Shown piece by piece: positions 47,751 to 56,667 of a stretch of 64,000 nt of DNA. The stretch covers positions 119 to 64,118 of the forward strand of contig DASTYZ010000037.1 of NCBI GenBank assembly GCA_035764545.1, read 5' to 3'. The stretch's first letter is position 1; each line of letters begins with the position of its first letter. Source of the DNA: Solirubrobacterales bacterium (lineage in GTDB: Bacteria; Actinomycetota; Thermoleophilia; Solirubrobacterales; 70-9). Position numbers and translations under genes: made by a program. The notes under the pieces are model-generated. The model saw nothing but the letters and a program-made list of their open reading frames with translations, was not told the DNA's origin and ran no database searches.

Positions 47751-48152
47751 ATGATGCACCGAGAAACCGGCCGTGGAAGGTTGATCGCACTAGCGACGCT
47801 AGGAGCGATGTTGTCGGCATTGGGAATTGCTGCCTGCGGTGGCAGCTCCAGCGGCGACTCGGGGCCCGTCGCCGTGTCCTTCGTCGACGCCCAGGTGGTC
47901 GATGGGGGGGTTGCCGTTACCTACCAGGCCTCAGGAACCACGGGCGAGGATTGGCCAGTGCTGAAAATCAGCGTTCGCAGAACCTCCACTTCGCTTCCTC
48001 CCAGCAGCGCAGAGGTACGTCCGATCGAGCAGGAAGACCTGGTGGTGGTATCCAGCGAGGCGCGGCCGGGCGAAGACCTGGTTGTCTACGGCAGCCTCTT
48101 CAGCGAAGACGGCAAACGGGTCCAGTTGCCCGAGCAGAACTTCCGTCCGTAG
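47751..48152 (+). CDS. hypothetical lipoprotein
   Basis: 133 aa with signal peptide and lipobox LGIAACGGSSSG. No other motif seen. Confidence 0.5.
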   Translation: MMHRETGRGRLIALATLGAMLSALGIAACGGSSSGDSGPVAVSFVDAQVVDGGVAVTYQASGTTGEDWPVLKISVRRTSTSLPPSSAEVRPIEQEDLVVVSSEARPGEDLVVYGSLFSEDGKRVQLPEQNFRP

Positions 48153-48168
48153 GTCAAACGGACAAGCG

Positions 48169-49839
48169 CTAGCGGGCGCGGCGCGTGTACTCGAACTCGA
48201 GGTGGCTGACTTCCCAGTCGGCGTCCTCGGGCACGGGGAACAAGTGGCGCACGCGGGGGGTGTCGACTTTCTCGCGGTGCTGAAGGTCGCGCTCGGAGTC
48301 CGCCGGCCACTGGATCGTGTCGCCACCGCGGGGGTCGGAGACCTCCTCCAGCCACGGCGTCGCGGTGATCCTGATCTCGTCTTCGGCCGGTACCGGCTCC
48401 ATGATGCGGGTCTCCTGCTCCACGTACTCCTCCTCCGGTAGTTCGTCGACGGGCAGTTGAAGTTCGGCGGACAGGTCGGGCTCGGGCTCGAAGGCCTCGA
48501 TCGAGATCTCCTCGTCCTCGGGCTCGGGGACGATCTGCGACTCCTCGCTGTAGGGCTCCTCTTCGGCGACCAGCTCCTCGGCGACGGAGACGCTGATCTG
48601 GGCGTCGCCTTCGGCGAGGCCGTCGACGATCAGGGTCTCGTCGGCGACGGTGCTGAGGTCGTTGCCAAGCTCGCCGAGGGCGGCTTCGCGCAGCAGGCGC
48701 CGGGTCCCCTCCTCGATCCAGGTCGCCAGCTCGACGGCCCGCTCGTGAGGACGGCCGTTCATCATCGCCCGCTCCAGCTCGAGCACCTGCTCGACCCGTT
48801 CGCCGGCCTCGATCCGGTCCATCTCCTCGTCGGCGATCAGGGCCGCGGCACGCAGGGGCAGCGAGGCTCCCACGGGACCGTGACCCTCGAGCACCGCACG
48901 CATCGCCAGCAGGTGGTCGCTGAGGCCCTCGAGCGCGGTCGGGCGCTCGCAGCCCATCTCGAAGCGCCCGACAGCCCAGGTGAGGGCGTTGTCGGGGTCG
49001 GGACGGGCCTCCAGGGAAGCGGCGAAGTCGATCAGCTCCTCGGCCTCGGCCTCGCTCAGGCGGTAGCCGCCGGGACGGGTCGCCGGGGCGCCGGTGGCAA
49101 GCCGCCGCCAGCAGCCCTCGCCGGTCGGGGCAAAGGCGTAGGGCCCAAGGCCGATGCCGCCGGCCTTGAACATCCTCATCACGCTGATCAGCTCGCGTAG
49201 TTGCTGCAGGGCGGTTTCGGCGCCGCCCTCGGAGTCCTGGTCGGCGACGGCGAGGTACTGCGGCTCCCATGCGGCGCGACCCATACCCTCGCTGCGCATC
49301 GCCTCAACCGGCGCCTCGATCGAGTCGGCGCGGACGATCCGCATGCCGTGCGGAAGCTGCAACCGCGGCATCGACATCCGCAGCCCGACGATCGGGGCGA
49401 TCAGGACTTCGGCGTCGTCGGCGTCGCGCGATTCCGCATCGAGCGTCGACAGAGCCGACTCGAGCCGCTCGCCGTCGAGCGTGAAGCCGGCAGAGCCCTC
49501 CCAAAGCTCGGAGAAGAAGGTGACGAGCATCAGCTCGGCGCGGGCGCCGGGGTCGGCGGGAACGGCCAAGCCGCGCTCCTCCAGATAAGCGGCGGCGACG
49601 CCTGCTTCGACCGTGGCCTCGCGAGCGGCGGCAAAGCTCGGCAGCGCACCCACCTCGTCCGCATGGTCGACCACGTAGCGGCCGGTCATCGGCACGTAGC
49701 TGTAGAAGGCCGAATCGTCGCCGGCGTCAGCGGCGACGTCGAACGGAATCTCCTCCCCCATCGCCACCATCGAACTCAGCCGCGAGGCGGTCTCGGTGGC
49801 AAGGCGCTTGATCGATTCGTTGAGGAGGAAGTCCCGCAC
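48169..49839 (-). CDS. hypothetical protein with strongly acidic C-terminal third
   Basis: 556-aa ORF with native high-GC third-position bias and no family recognised. The opposite-strand and alternate-frame ORFs here are Arg/Gly/Pro-rich shadows. Confidence 0.55.
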   Translation of the reverse strand: MRDFLLNESIKRLATETASRLSSMVAMGEEIPFDVAADAGDDSAFYSYVPMTGRYVVDHADEVGALPSFAAAREATVEAGVAAAYLEERGLAVPADPGARAELMLVTFFSELWEGSAGFTLDGERLESALSTLDAESRDADDAEVLIAPIVGLRMSMPRLQLPHGMRIVRADSIEAPVEAMRSEGMGRAAWEPQYLAVADQDSEGGAETALQQLRELISVMRMFKAGGIGLGPYAFAPTGEGCWRRLATGAPATRPGGYRLSEAEAEELIDFAASLEARPDPDNALTWAVGRFEMGCERPTALEGLSDHLLAMRAVLEGHGPVGASLPLRAAALIADEEMDRIEAGERVEQVLELERAMMNGRPHERAVELATWIEEGTRRLLREAALGELGNDLSTVADETLIVDGLAEGDAQISVSVAEELVAEEEPYSEESQIVPEPEDEEISIEAFEPEPDLSAELQLPVDELPEEEYVEQETRIMEPVPAEDEIRITATPWLEEVSDPRGGDTIQWPADSERDLQHREKVDTPRVRHLFPVPEDADWEVSHLEFEYTRRAR

Positions 49840-49965
49840 GGCTCAGGCTTCAGCCCGGCGGCACGCCCTCCTGCGACTGAATGATCGCTTGCAAGGGCAG
49901 CTGCGCGAGCTTGCGGCGACAGCCCCGCTGCGAGGAATCTAGAACTCCGCTTCGGCGGGGCTCAC

Positions 49966-50364
49966 CTAAGCCTCGCGGCTGTGTCGAAGCAAAGTGGCAA
50001 CTTCTTCTGCATCCTCGCGATGAAAGGAGATTGGCCAGTATGGCCTGCCGTCAACAACTAGATGGCCGCCGCACCACCGCGAGGCGACGGCCTCAAGTGA
50101 CGCATCTGCTTCTACGGTCGCCACTGATGCTCGAAAAATCCCAGGGCGCTTGAGAACGAGAATCAAGAGCTTTTTCGCCGTTACAACAACTACGTACTCG
50201 CGGCGGAGCATCAAGAAAGGGTTGAACAATCCGGAAGCGCGAGTTCGCCCTCGTCTTGCGATAAAAAATCCCTTCAGTTCTTCTGGTGCGAGTTGCTTGA
50301 AGAGGTTCTCCCTGAGCCGCGTATAACGCAGACCACCTTTTTGCCAATCGCTCGCCATGCGCAT
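49966..50364 (-). CDS. candidate immunity protein for the RHS C-terminal toxin
   Basis: 132-aa ORF starting 3 nt after the RHS stop on the same strand, with locally lower G+C. Has no TM segments and no recognised family. The call is positional. Confidence 0.5.
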   Translation of the reverse strand: MRMASDWQKGGLRYTRLRENLFKQLAPEELKGFFIARRGRTRASGLFNPFLMLRREYVVVVTAKKLLILVLKRPGIFRASVATVEADASLEAVASRWCGGHLVVDGRPYWPISFHREDAEEVATLLRHSREA

Positions 50365-50367
50365 TTC

Positions 50368-53300
50368 CTATTCGAGGAGTATCGCCGCGCCCGTCGCTCC
50401 GACGCAGCCGGCGCCGCCGCCAACCGCTCCGCCAACGGGGATCCCCTCTGGGCCGAAAAACGCTCCTACGACAGCCCCGCCGGGGGCGCCAGATTTAGCC
50501 CCTTCTCGACATTCTTGCCAGTGCGCCCCAGCGAAGTTATAGATGGACTCCAAGCGGTCTCCTTGCTTCTTCCAGAAATCTCTGCTCCGGTCTGCAACCC
50601 AGCCCCGGCCGGGAGCAGTCCAGTCCCAGGCCCCATCAGCCGCTGAACCAGCTGATGACGTGGCCGCATCTACCCCTTCTTCAGCGATGCCAAGGCCGCC
50701 TTCGAATTCTTCACCCACCGTCACGAGATCATCTGGTCCGACACAGGCGCCAAGTACACAGACATCGCGTCCGTCGAGGTCATAGAGGTTCATCGGGTTA
50801 TCCCACGCGTAGGGATAACGGTTCGTGGTGATGCCCAGGCCGATATGTCCCAGTACCGGGTCCTCGGCGAGGAAGCCACCGAGTTCCGGCGCATAGGAGC
50901 GCGCGCCCATCTGAACCAGGCCAGTAGCGGGGTCGGCGCGTCGCTGCTGAGCACCGAGCCAGCCCATCTCGAGGCCCGGACCGCCGAGTTGAGCGCCCCA
51001 AGGATCGAAGGTCTGTCGAGATGAGACTTCACCGGCTCCATCGAGCACTGCGGTGATATCTCCGTGGGCATCCGAGAGCGGGAAGCTAGTTGCTTCACCA
51101 GAGCGCTGCTCCATTAGCCCCTCCGGCCCCTGCACGTAGCTCATGATCGGCTGACCTTCGCCATCGGTATCTACTATTGGGAGGTCGGAGAGATCGCCGT
51201 AGTGGCTTAGCCGAATTGCCGAGCCGTCGTCTCTCGAGGCCTGCCGGCCCAGGGCGTCGAACGTGTAGGTGACGGGCTGAGTCCCGTCATCAATGTCCTC
51301 CAGCTCGTCGAGGGGACTCCATCCGTAGGTAGTGGCCTGTTCTCCGCTGTCAACTTCGATCAGTCGCCCCGCAGCGTCGTAGTCATAGGTTCTGCCGTCC
51401 GAGGCGCTGGTCAGCTGATTAAGCGCGTTGAAGCCGTAGGTGACCCCATCCGCTTCGGTGCGATTGCCCGCCGCGTCGTAGCCGTAGCTGGTCGAGCCTT
51501 CGCCGGGCGGGTCAAATTGGGTTAGGCGGTTCAAGGCGTCGTAGTCATAGGTGGTTTCCAGCGAGAGGCGGTTGACCTGGCCGATCCGATTTCCGTAAGG
51601 GTCGTAGTCGTATTCGAGCGATTCGAGGATCGCTTCTTCGGGATCGAGCGAGGTGATCGCGGCGACCCGGCCCCCATCGTCATAGACCTTCGTGGTCGTA
51701 ACCCCGTTCGGCAGTTCGACGCTGGTCAGGTTGCCCTCCGCGTCGTAGCCGAATTCCGAGACTTTGCTCTGCGGGTCGATGAGCGAGGTCATCCGGTTGA
51801 GGCTGTCGTAGCCGTAGGTGAGCGTGCCGCGGCCGTCGATCTGTTTGACCAAGTTCCCGCGCGAATCGTAGGCGCGGGAGACGGTCTGACCACGGTCGTC
51901 GTCGATCGATTCGACACGGCCGTCGTCGTCGTAGCCAACTTCGATTTCGTCGCCCTGGGCGTCCAGGGCTCCCGTCATCCGGTTGGCCGCGTCGTAACCG
52001 AAGTCCCGCAGCACCGTTTCGCCATCAACGATCTGCTGCAACCGGTCGGCGGCGTCGTAGGAGAAGCTCAGGGTTCCCTCCCCCGTATTTCGGGTCAACC
52101 GGTTGCCGACGCCGTCATAGGTGAAGCTCGTCGTCTTTTCCAGCGACTGAGCGATCTCGGTGATCCGGCCCAGCTCGTCGTATTCGAAAGAGGTCGTGTT
52201 TTCGCGCGGGTCAGTGAAAGAGGTGAGGTTGCCGGCGGCGTCGTAGCCGTAGCTCGTTTTGGTTTCGAGCGGCTCCTCGACGGCGGTCATCCTGTCGAGC
52301 AGGTCGTATTCGTAGATGGTCGCGTTCTCACGCGGTTCCACCATTTCGTCCCGGTTGCCGCGGGCGTCGTAGTCGAACTCCCAGTCGCCACCTTCAGGGG
52401 CGACGACTTCAGTCAGCTGATTCGCCAGGTCATAGCCGTAGGTGGTTTCCTTGCCGCGGCGGTCCGTGAGGGCGATGCGGTTGAGGTTGCCGTCGTAATC
52501 GATTTCCGTGCGGCCTTCGAGCGGGTCGACGAAGGCGGTCGGACGCTCCATCGCGTTGCGCTCGACTTTCCATAGTCCGCTGGCCGGGTCTTTGACCTGG
52601 GTCAGCATGCCGTTCCCGTCGTAGCTGTATTCGGTTTTGTTGCCCTCAGGCGTCGTCACCGAGATCAGCTCAGCGAGGGCGTTGCGGCCGTAGATCTCCG
52701 GTTCCAGCCCCGGAGCGGTCTTCGAGGTCAGCTGGTTGCGGGTGTTGTAGGTGAAGGCGGTCGTGTGTGCGAGGGGGTCTTTGGCGCTGAGGCGGTTGCC
52801 CCGCCCGTCGTAGGTGAAGGCGGTGGTGTGTTCGTTTGGATCGGTGATCGTTAGCGGCAGGCCGGCGGCGTCATGGGTGAAGGTCGTCTCGCCTTCGGCA
52901 GGGTCGGTGACCTTGACGAGGTCGTTGTCGCCGTCCCATTCGTAGGTCCAGGCCTCGCCACGCTCGTCGGTGAAGCTCGTGAGCCGGTTGAGGCCGTCGT
53001 ACGCGTAGCTGCGTTCCCCTTCCTCGGGATCGACTACCGAGGTCAAATTCCCAGCACCGTCGTAACCGAAAGTCCAAACAGCCCCTCCCGGCTTGACGAT
53101 TTCGTCGATGTTGCCGGCGGCGTCGTAGCTGGTCGTCGACGTGTGGCCAAGCTGGTCTTTCTCGGAGACCGTCCGCATCTGGCTGTCGAAGCCGTAGGTG
53201 ATCTCCCCACCCTCGGGTTCGGTGACGACGGTCTCGCCTTCTTTGTATTCGAGGGTCCAGAGGTTTTCGAGACCATCGCGCTGCTCGACCACCCGACCCT

Positions 53301-56079
53301 GGGCGTCGTAGACGTTTTTGAGGATGACGTTGCCGCGTGGATCTTTGATCGTTTTCAGGCGGTGGGCGGAGTCGTAGGTGTATTCAGTGACGCCGCCGAG
53401 GGCGTCGGTGACCGTCCCAAGGTCGCCGGCGGTGGTGTATCCGTATTTGACTTCGCGGCCGGTCGAGTCTTTGACTGCGGTGATGTGGTTGGAAGAGTCG
53501 TAGGAGAAGGTGAGGGTCTGCGCCGACGGGTCGGTGATGGTCGCTAGCCGACCGCTGGCGTTATAGCCATAGGTCGTTTTCAGGCCGTGGTCGTCGGTAA
53601 TCGATGCGATCCGGCCGCTGGCGTCGAAGCTGTAGACGGTTCCCCGGAGCGTCGTCAGCCTGAATTTCCCTTCGACCTTGGTAAGCATGTCGGTCACGCC
53701 TGAAGGGGCGTGGTAGCTGCCTTCAGAGTTCCCGTACAAATCCTGGCGTCCGTCCTGGCGCACCACGAGCACACCCCCTGAGGGGAGCTCGGAGACGTTG
53801 GCAAGTCCGGTTTGCGACCAACCCGGCCCGAGGCCGGTGTCGGCGCTCGAGCCGGAGCTGTAAGCACGGCTGAAGGCAAGAGGCACAGCGCTCTTATTAG
53901 AGAGGACGAGATCCCGGTGAGCGTAGGCGAGCTGACCGGTTGCGAGGCTGACCGGGTCGGCGCCTTCTCCGCATTGGGAATCCTCGCCGCGGCAGTGACC
54001 TGAGGGTTCGGGAAGCTGCACCGCCGGTTTCCAGTCGACATTGGCGCTTGCGGTATCGCCGCATCCGGCGGGCTTTGGCCCACTCCCACATCCCCAGTCG
54101 TTGTTCTTCGCGGCCAGGGTTCCCGTGCCGTTGTAGAAGACGCCGTAGCTGTTGGCGCGGAAAAGGTTCCTTTCAATCGTTGGGGAGCCCGATTCGAGGA
54201 CCTTGATGGCATAGCTGGCGTTCTTGCGAAACAGCGAGTTCTTGATCGTGGGATTGGTGGCTTTGATTTCGATCGCTCCCGAGCCATTGCCGCCGTTGGC
54301 AAGTTCGGCATATTCGATCGAGCCGTTGCTCCCTTTTTCGAACTTGATCCCGCCCCACTCGCCGGCAAGATTTTCGTTGAATCCCGTCAGTCGCACGAGA
54401 TCTTCGGCGGTCCCCTCGACGTTGAGCGTCCCTTTGACCGTGAATGCTGGTCTCAGGAGATGCACACCATGGGCAATTTTCAGCGTCACCCCCGTCGGGA
54501 TGGTCACTCCGATCAAACGCACTCTGGTGCCGCCGTCATTCCAGGTTGAGGATTGGGCGACCGTGCCGCTGACCAGGATGTAGTTGGAAGCGTTGCCAAT
54601 CAGCGTGTTTTCGGTGATGTTGCCCGGAACATCGTCCCCGGAATAGCTGAGTCCGGTGCCTTCAGTGCCCACCACCGAGTTGCCGGCGAGAACTTTGGCG
54701 GTAACCGTCGAGCCGCTGAAGGTTTCTATTTGGATTCCCTGCTTGCCGCCTTCGATGTAGTTGCCGTGGATGTTGATTTCGCCGGATTTCCCGGTGCCAG
54801 CGACATACCAGATGACATTGCGGGCGACCCCTGCGTTGATGAAGACGTTGTCTGCGATCTCGGGGGCGCCTCCTTCGGGGATCCTGATTCCGTAGCCGCC
54901 GCTGTCGCGGATCGTCGAGTTGGTGATCCTTGGGGAGGACGCCTCGATCTGGACCGAGCCGTTGTTGTACTGGGAGTAGCCCGAGTCGATGCCGCCGCCG
55001 TTGGCGAGTTCGACGTGATCGAGGACCGAGGCGCCGCTGCCCGGCTTGAAGAAGATCGCCTTCCATTCGCCGACTTTCGCTTCATACTTGCCGGTGAAGC
55101 GGACAGGATTTTCGGCCGTGCCTTCCGCGAGGAGGGTGCCTTGGACAGTCATCGTCGGCTGCAGCAGGTGGACCCCAGGCGAAATTTTCAGCGTCACGCC
55201 CGCAGGCACCGTCACTCCGCTCAAGAGGACCCTGCTCCCTCCGTCGTTCCAGGTCGAGGAGTGGGCGACCGTGCCACCGACCTGGATGTAGTTGGAGGCG
55301 TTTGCGATCAGCGTGTTTTCGGTGATGTTCCCTGGGATGTCGGGACCGGAGAACAGGATTCCGGTTGATTCGGTCCCTACGATCGTGTTGCCGCTCAGAA
55401 CTTTGGCGTTCACCGTTGAACCGCTGAAGATTTCAATTTGAATTCCCTCTTTGCCTCCTTCGATGTAGTTGTCGTGGATGTTGATTTCGCCGGACTTCCC
55501 GCTGCCGGCGATGTAGAAGATGGGATTGTGAGCGACGGCCGCATTAATGAAAGCGTTCCCGGCGATCTCCGGACTGCCGCCTTCAGGGATCCTTATGCCG
55601 TAGCCGCCACTGTCGCGGATCGTCGAGTTGGTGATCCTTGGGGAGGACGCCTCGATCTGGACCGAGCCGTTGTTGTAAGTGAACGAGTTGGAGTCCATTC
55701 CACCGCCGTTGGCGAGTTCGACGTGGTCGAGGACCGAGGCCCCACTGCCCGGTTTGAAGAAAATCGCCTTCCATTCACCGACGCCTTTTTCTTTGGATCC
55801 GGTGAAGCGGACTGGATTTTCTGCCGTGCCTTCGGCGAGGAGGGTGCCTTGAACCGTCAGCGAGCCGACGGTGAGATGCGTTCCGGGTTCGACTTTGACG
55901 GTCACCCCCGATGCAATCGTTGGGCTACCCGTGTAGGGGCTGCCAGCGGGAGTGAGGGTCGTGTTTGCGGAGATCGTGGCGGGGAGGGCCGTTGCCCCGG
56001 CCGAACTTGGCCCAAGGAGTGCCGAGATCAACAGAATGGCGCCGAGCAGGCACCCCGCGTGCTTTGCCATCCCTGCCAT
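50368..56079 (-). CDS. secreted RHS/YD-repeat polymorphic toxin (WapA-like architecture)
   Basis: 1903 aa with Sec signal MAGMAKHAGCLLGAILLISALLGPSSAGA. The N-terminus carries about 2.5 copies of a 236-aa parallel-beta-helix-like module, followed by dozens of YD repeats (for example YGYDAAGNLTS). The RHS core end is RYPYAWDNPMNLYDLDGR, followed by a 132-aa C-terminal domain. GGGGAGAGGAG lies 3 nt upstream of the ATG. Confidence 0.92.
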   Translation of the reverse strand: MAGMAKHAGCLLGAILLISALLGPSSAGATALPATISANTTLTPAGSPYTGSPTIASGVTVKVEPGTHLTVGSLTVQGTLLAEGTAENPVRFTGSKEKGVGEWKAIFFKPGSGASVLDHVELANGGGMDSNSFTYNNGSVQIEASSPRITNSTIRDSGGYGIRIPEGGSPEIAGNAFINAAVAHNPIFYIAGSGKSGEINIHDNYIEGGKEGIQIEIFSGSTVNAKVLSGNTIVGTESTGILFSGPDIPGNITENTLIANASNYIQVGGTVAHSSTWNDGGSRVLLSGVTVPAGVTLKISPGVHLLQPTMTVQGTLLAEGTAENPVRFTGKYEAKVGEWKAIFFKPGSGASVLDHVELANGGGIDSGYSQYNNGSVQIEASSPRITNSTIRDSGGYGIRIPEGGAPEIADNVFINAGVARNVIWYVAGTGKSGEINIHGNYIEGGKQGIQIETFSGSTVTAKVLAGNSVVGTEGTGLSYSGDDVPGNITENTLIGNASNYILVSGTVAQSSTWNDGGTRVRLIGVTIPTGVTLKIAHGVHLLRPAFTVKGTLNVEGTAEDLVRLTGFNENLAGEWGGIKFEKGSNGSIEYAELANGGNGSGAIEIKATNPTIKNSLFRKNASYAIKVLESGSPTIERNLFRANSYGVFYNGTGTLAAKNNDWGCGSGPKPAGCGDTASANVDWKPAVQLPEPSGHCRGEDSQCGEGADPVSLATGQLAYAHRDLVLSNKSAVPLAFSRAYSSGSSADTGLGPGWSQTGLANVSELPSGGVLVVRQDGRQDLYGNSEGSYHAPSGVTDMLTKVEGKFRLTTLRGTVYSFDASGRIASITDDHGLKTTYGYNASGRLATITDPSAQTLTFSYDSSNHITAVKDSTGREVKYGYTTAGDLGTVTDALGGVTEYTYDSAHRLKTIKDPRGNVILKNVYDAQGRVVEQRDGLENLWTLEYKEGETVVTEPEGGEITYGFDSQMRTVSEKDQLGHTSTTSYDAAGNIDEIVKPGGAVWTFGYDGAGNLTSVVDPEEGERSYAYDGLNRLTSFTDERGEAWTYEWDGDNDLVKVTDPAEGETTFTHDAAGLPLTITDPNEHTTAFTYDGRGNRLSAKDPLAHTTAFTYNTRNQLTSKTAPGLEPEIYGRNALAELISVTTPEGNKTEYSYDGNGMLTQVKDPASGLWKVERNAMERPTAFVDPLEGRTEIDYDGNLNRIALTDRRGKETTYGYDLANQLTEVVAPEGGDWEFDYDARGNRDEMVEPRENATIYEYDLLDRMTAVEEPLETKTSYGYDAAGNLTSFTDPRENTTSFEYDELGRITEIAQSLEKTTSFTYDGVGNRLTRNTGEGTLSFSYDAADRLQQIVDGETVLRDFGYDAANRMTGALDAQGDEIEVGYDDDGRVESIDDDRGQTVSRAYDSRGNLVKQIDGRGTLTYGYDSLNRMTSLIDPQSKVSEFGYDAEGNLTSVELPNGVTTTKVYDDGGRVAAITSLDPEEAILESLEYDYDPYGNRIGQVNRLSLETTYDYDALNRLTQFDPPGEGSTSYGYDAAGNRTEADGVTYGFNALNQLTSASDGRTYDYDAAGRLIEVDSGEQATTYGWSPLDELEDIDDGTQPVTYTFDALGRQASRDDGSAIRLSHYGDLSDLPIVDTDGEGQPIMSYVQGPEGLMEQRSGEATSFPLSDAHGDITAVLDGAGEVSSRQTFDPWGAQLGGPGLEMGWLGAQQRRADPATGLVQMGARSYAPELGGFLAEDPVLGHIGLGITTNRYPYAWDNPMNLYDLDGRDVCVLGACVGPDDLVTVGEEFEGGLGIAEEGVDAATSSAGSAADGAWDWTAPGRGWVADRSRDFWKKQGDRLESIYNFAGAHWQECREGAKSGAPGGAVVGAFFGPEGIPVGGAVGGGAGCVGATGAAILLE
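54442..55857 (-). repeat. in-frame 708-nt tandem duplication inside the RHS gene
   Basis: Protein residues 75-310 and 311-546 are near-identical (TVQGTLLAEGTAENPVRFTG...). The DNA matches with a 708-nt offset, for example CCGGTTTGAAGAAAATCGCCTTCCATTC against CCGGCTTGAAGAAGATCGCCTTCCATTC. A third, diverged partial unit follows, down to about 54039. Confidence 0.85.
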
Positions 56080-56216
56080 GAACTCCTCTCCCCTTTGGGA
56101 TTAGGAGGAACTCACGAGGGTGGGCTACTCCTGCTGGTCAGCTGGATGGTCCCCACTCAAATAGAAAAAGTCCATACCGAATTATTTAGAGCACGAACTT
56201 CTTGCGGTTAGAGCGG

Positions 56217-56573
56217 CTAGACGCGAACCGGCTGGCGCCCGTCCGCCTCGGCGGCATCACCCAGCAGCCAGCGCATGCCGTAGCTGCGCATGTCCTCGAC
56301 CAGCGGCACCAGCGCCTTGCCCTTGGCGGTCAGCGCGTACTCGACCCGGGGCGGGACCTCGGGGTAGGTGTGGCGCTCGACGATGCCCTCCTCCTCCAGC
56401 GCCCGCAGGCGCAGGGAGAGAGTGCGGGGACTGATGCCCTCCAGCGAGCGCTCGAGCTCGCAGAAGCGGGCGCTGCCCTCGGCGAGGTCGCGGATCAGCA
56501 GCAGCGTCCACTTGCCGCAGACGACTTCGGCGGTCTTACAGACGGGGCAGGTGGAATTGCTCTCAGCACTCAT
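56217..56573 (-). CDS. HxlR family transcriptional regulator
   Basis: 118 aa with CPVCKTAEVVCGKWTLLLIRDL...VEYALTAKG. Confidence 0.85.
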   Translation of the reverse strand: MSAESNSTCPVCKTAEVVCGKWTLLLIRDLAEGSARFCELERSLEGISPRTLSLRLRALEEEGIVERHTYPEVPPRVEYALTAKGKALVPLVEDMRSYGMRWLLGDAAEADGRQPVRV

Positions 56574-56667
56574 GATCCGAGCGGGACGGGCGATCAGACC
56601 GGTCTCGCTTCAACAAGTGTAGCGCTGTGGCTTCACTTACTGAAGTTTTGCTCAAACGGTGCTGGGA

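Noticed and set aside
48086-49270. 394-aa Arg/Pro/Gly-rich minus-strand ORF overlapping the 556-aa hypothetical gene in another frame
   Set aside because: It has extreme Arg/Pro/Gly composition typical of an off-frame reading of GC-rich coding DNA. The 48169..49839 frame has balanced composition and GC3 bias.
49936-49955. Small CTCCGC-TTCG-GCGGGG hairpin after the immunity ORF as an intrinsic terminator
   Set aside because: On the transcribed minus strand the stem drops to 4 bp plus a mismatch and the U-tract is poor, so it is not reliable enough.
50790-56079. Highly repetitive DNA in the RHS gene considered as a CRISPR array, satellite or mobile-element repeats
   Set aside because: The repeats are in frame, of variable sequence (YD-repeat units) or a 708-nt coding duplication. 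There is no short direct repeat and spacer periodicity, and one uninterrupted 1903-codon ORF spans them.
56080-56216. Promoter of the RHS gene in the AT-rich spacer after hxlR
   Set aside because: The region is clearly AT-rich (minus strand CTAAATAATTCGGTATGGACTTTTTCTATTTGAG), but I could not fix a convincing -35/-10 pair. Only the SD (GGGGAGAGGAG) is secure.
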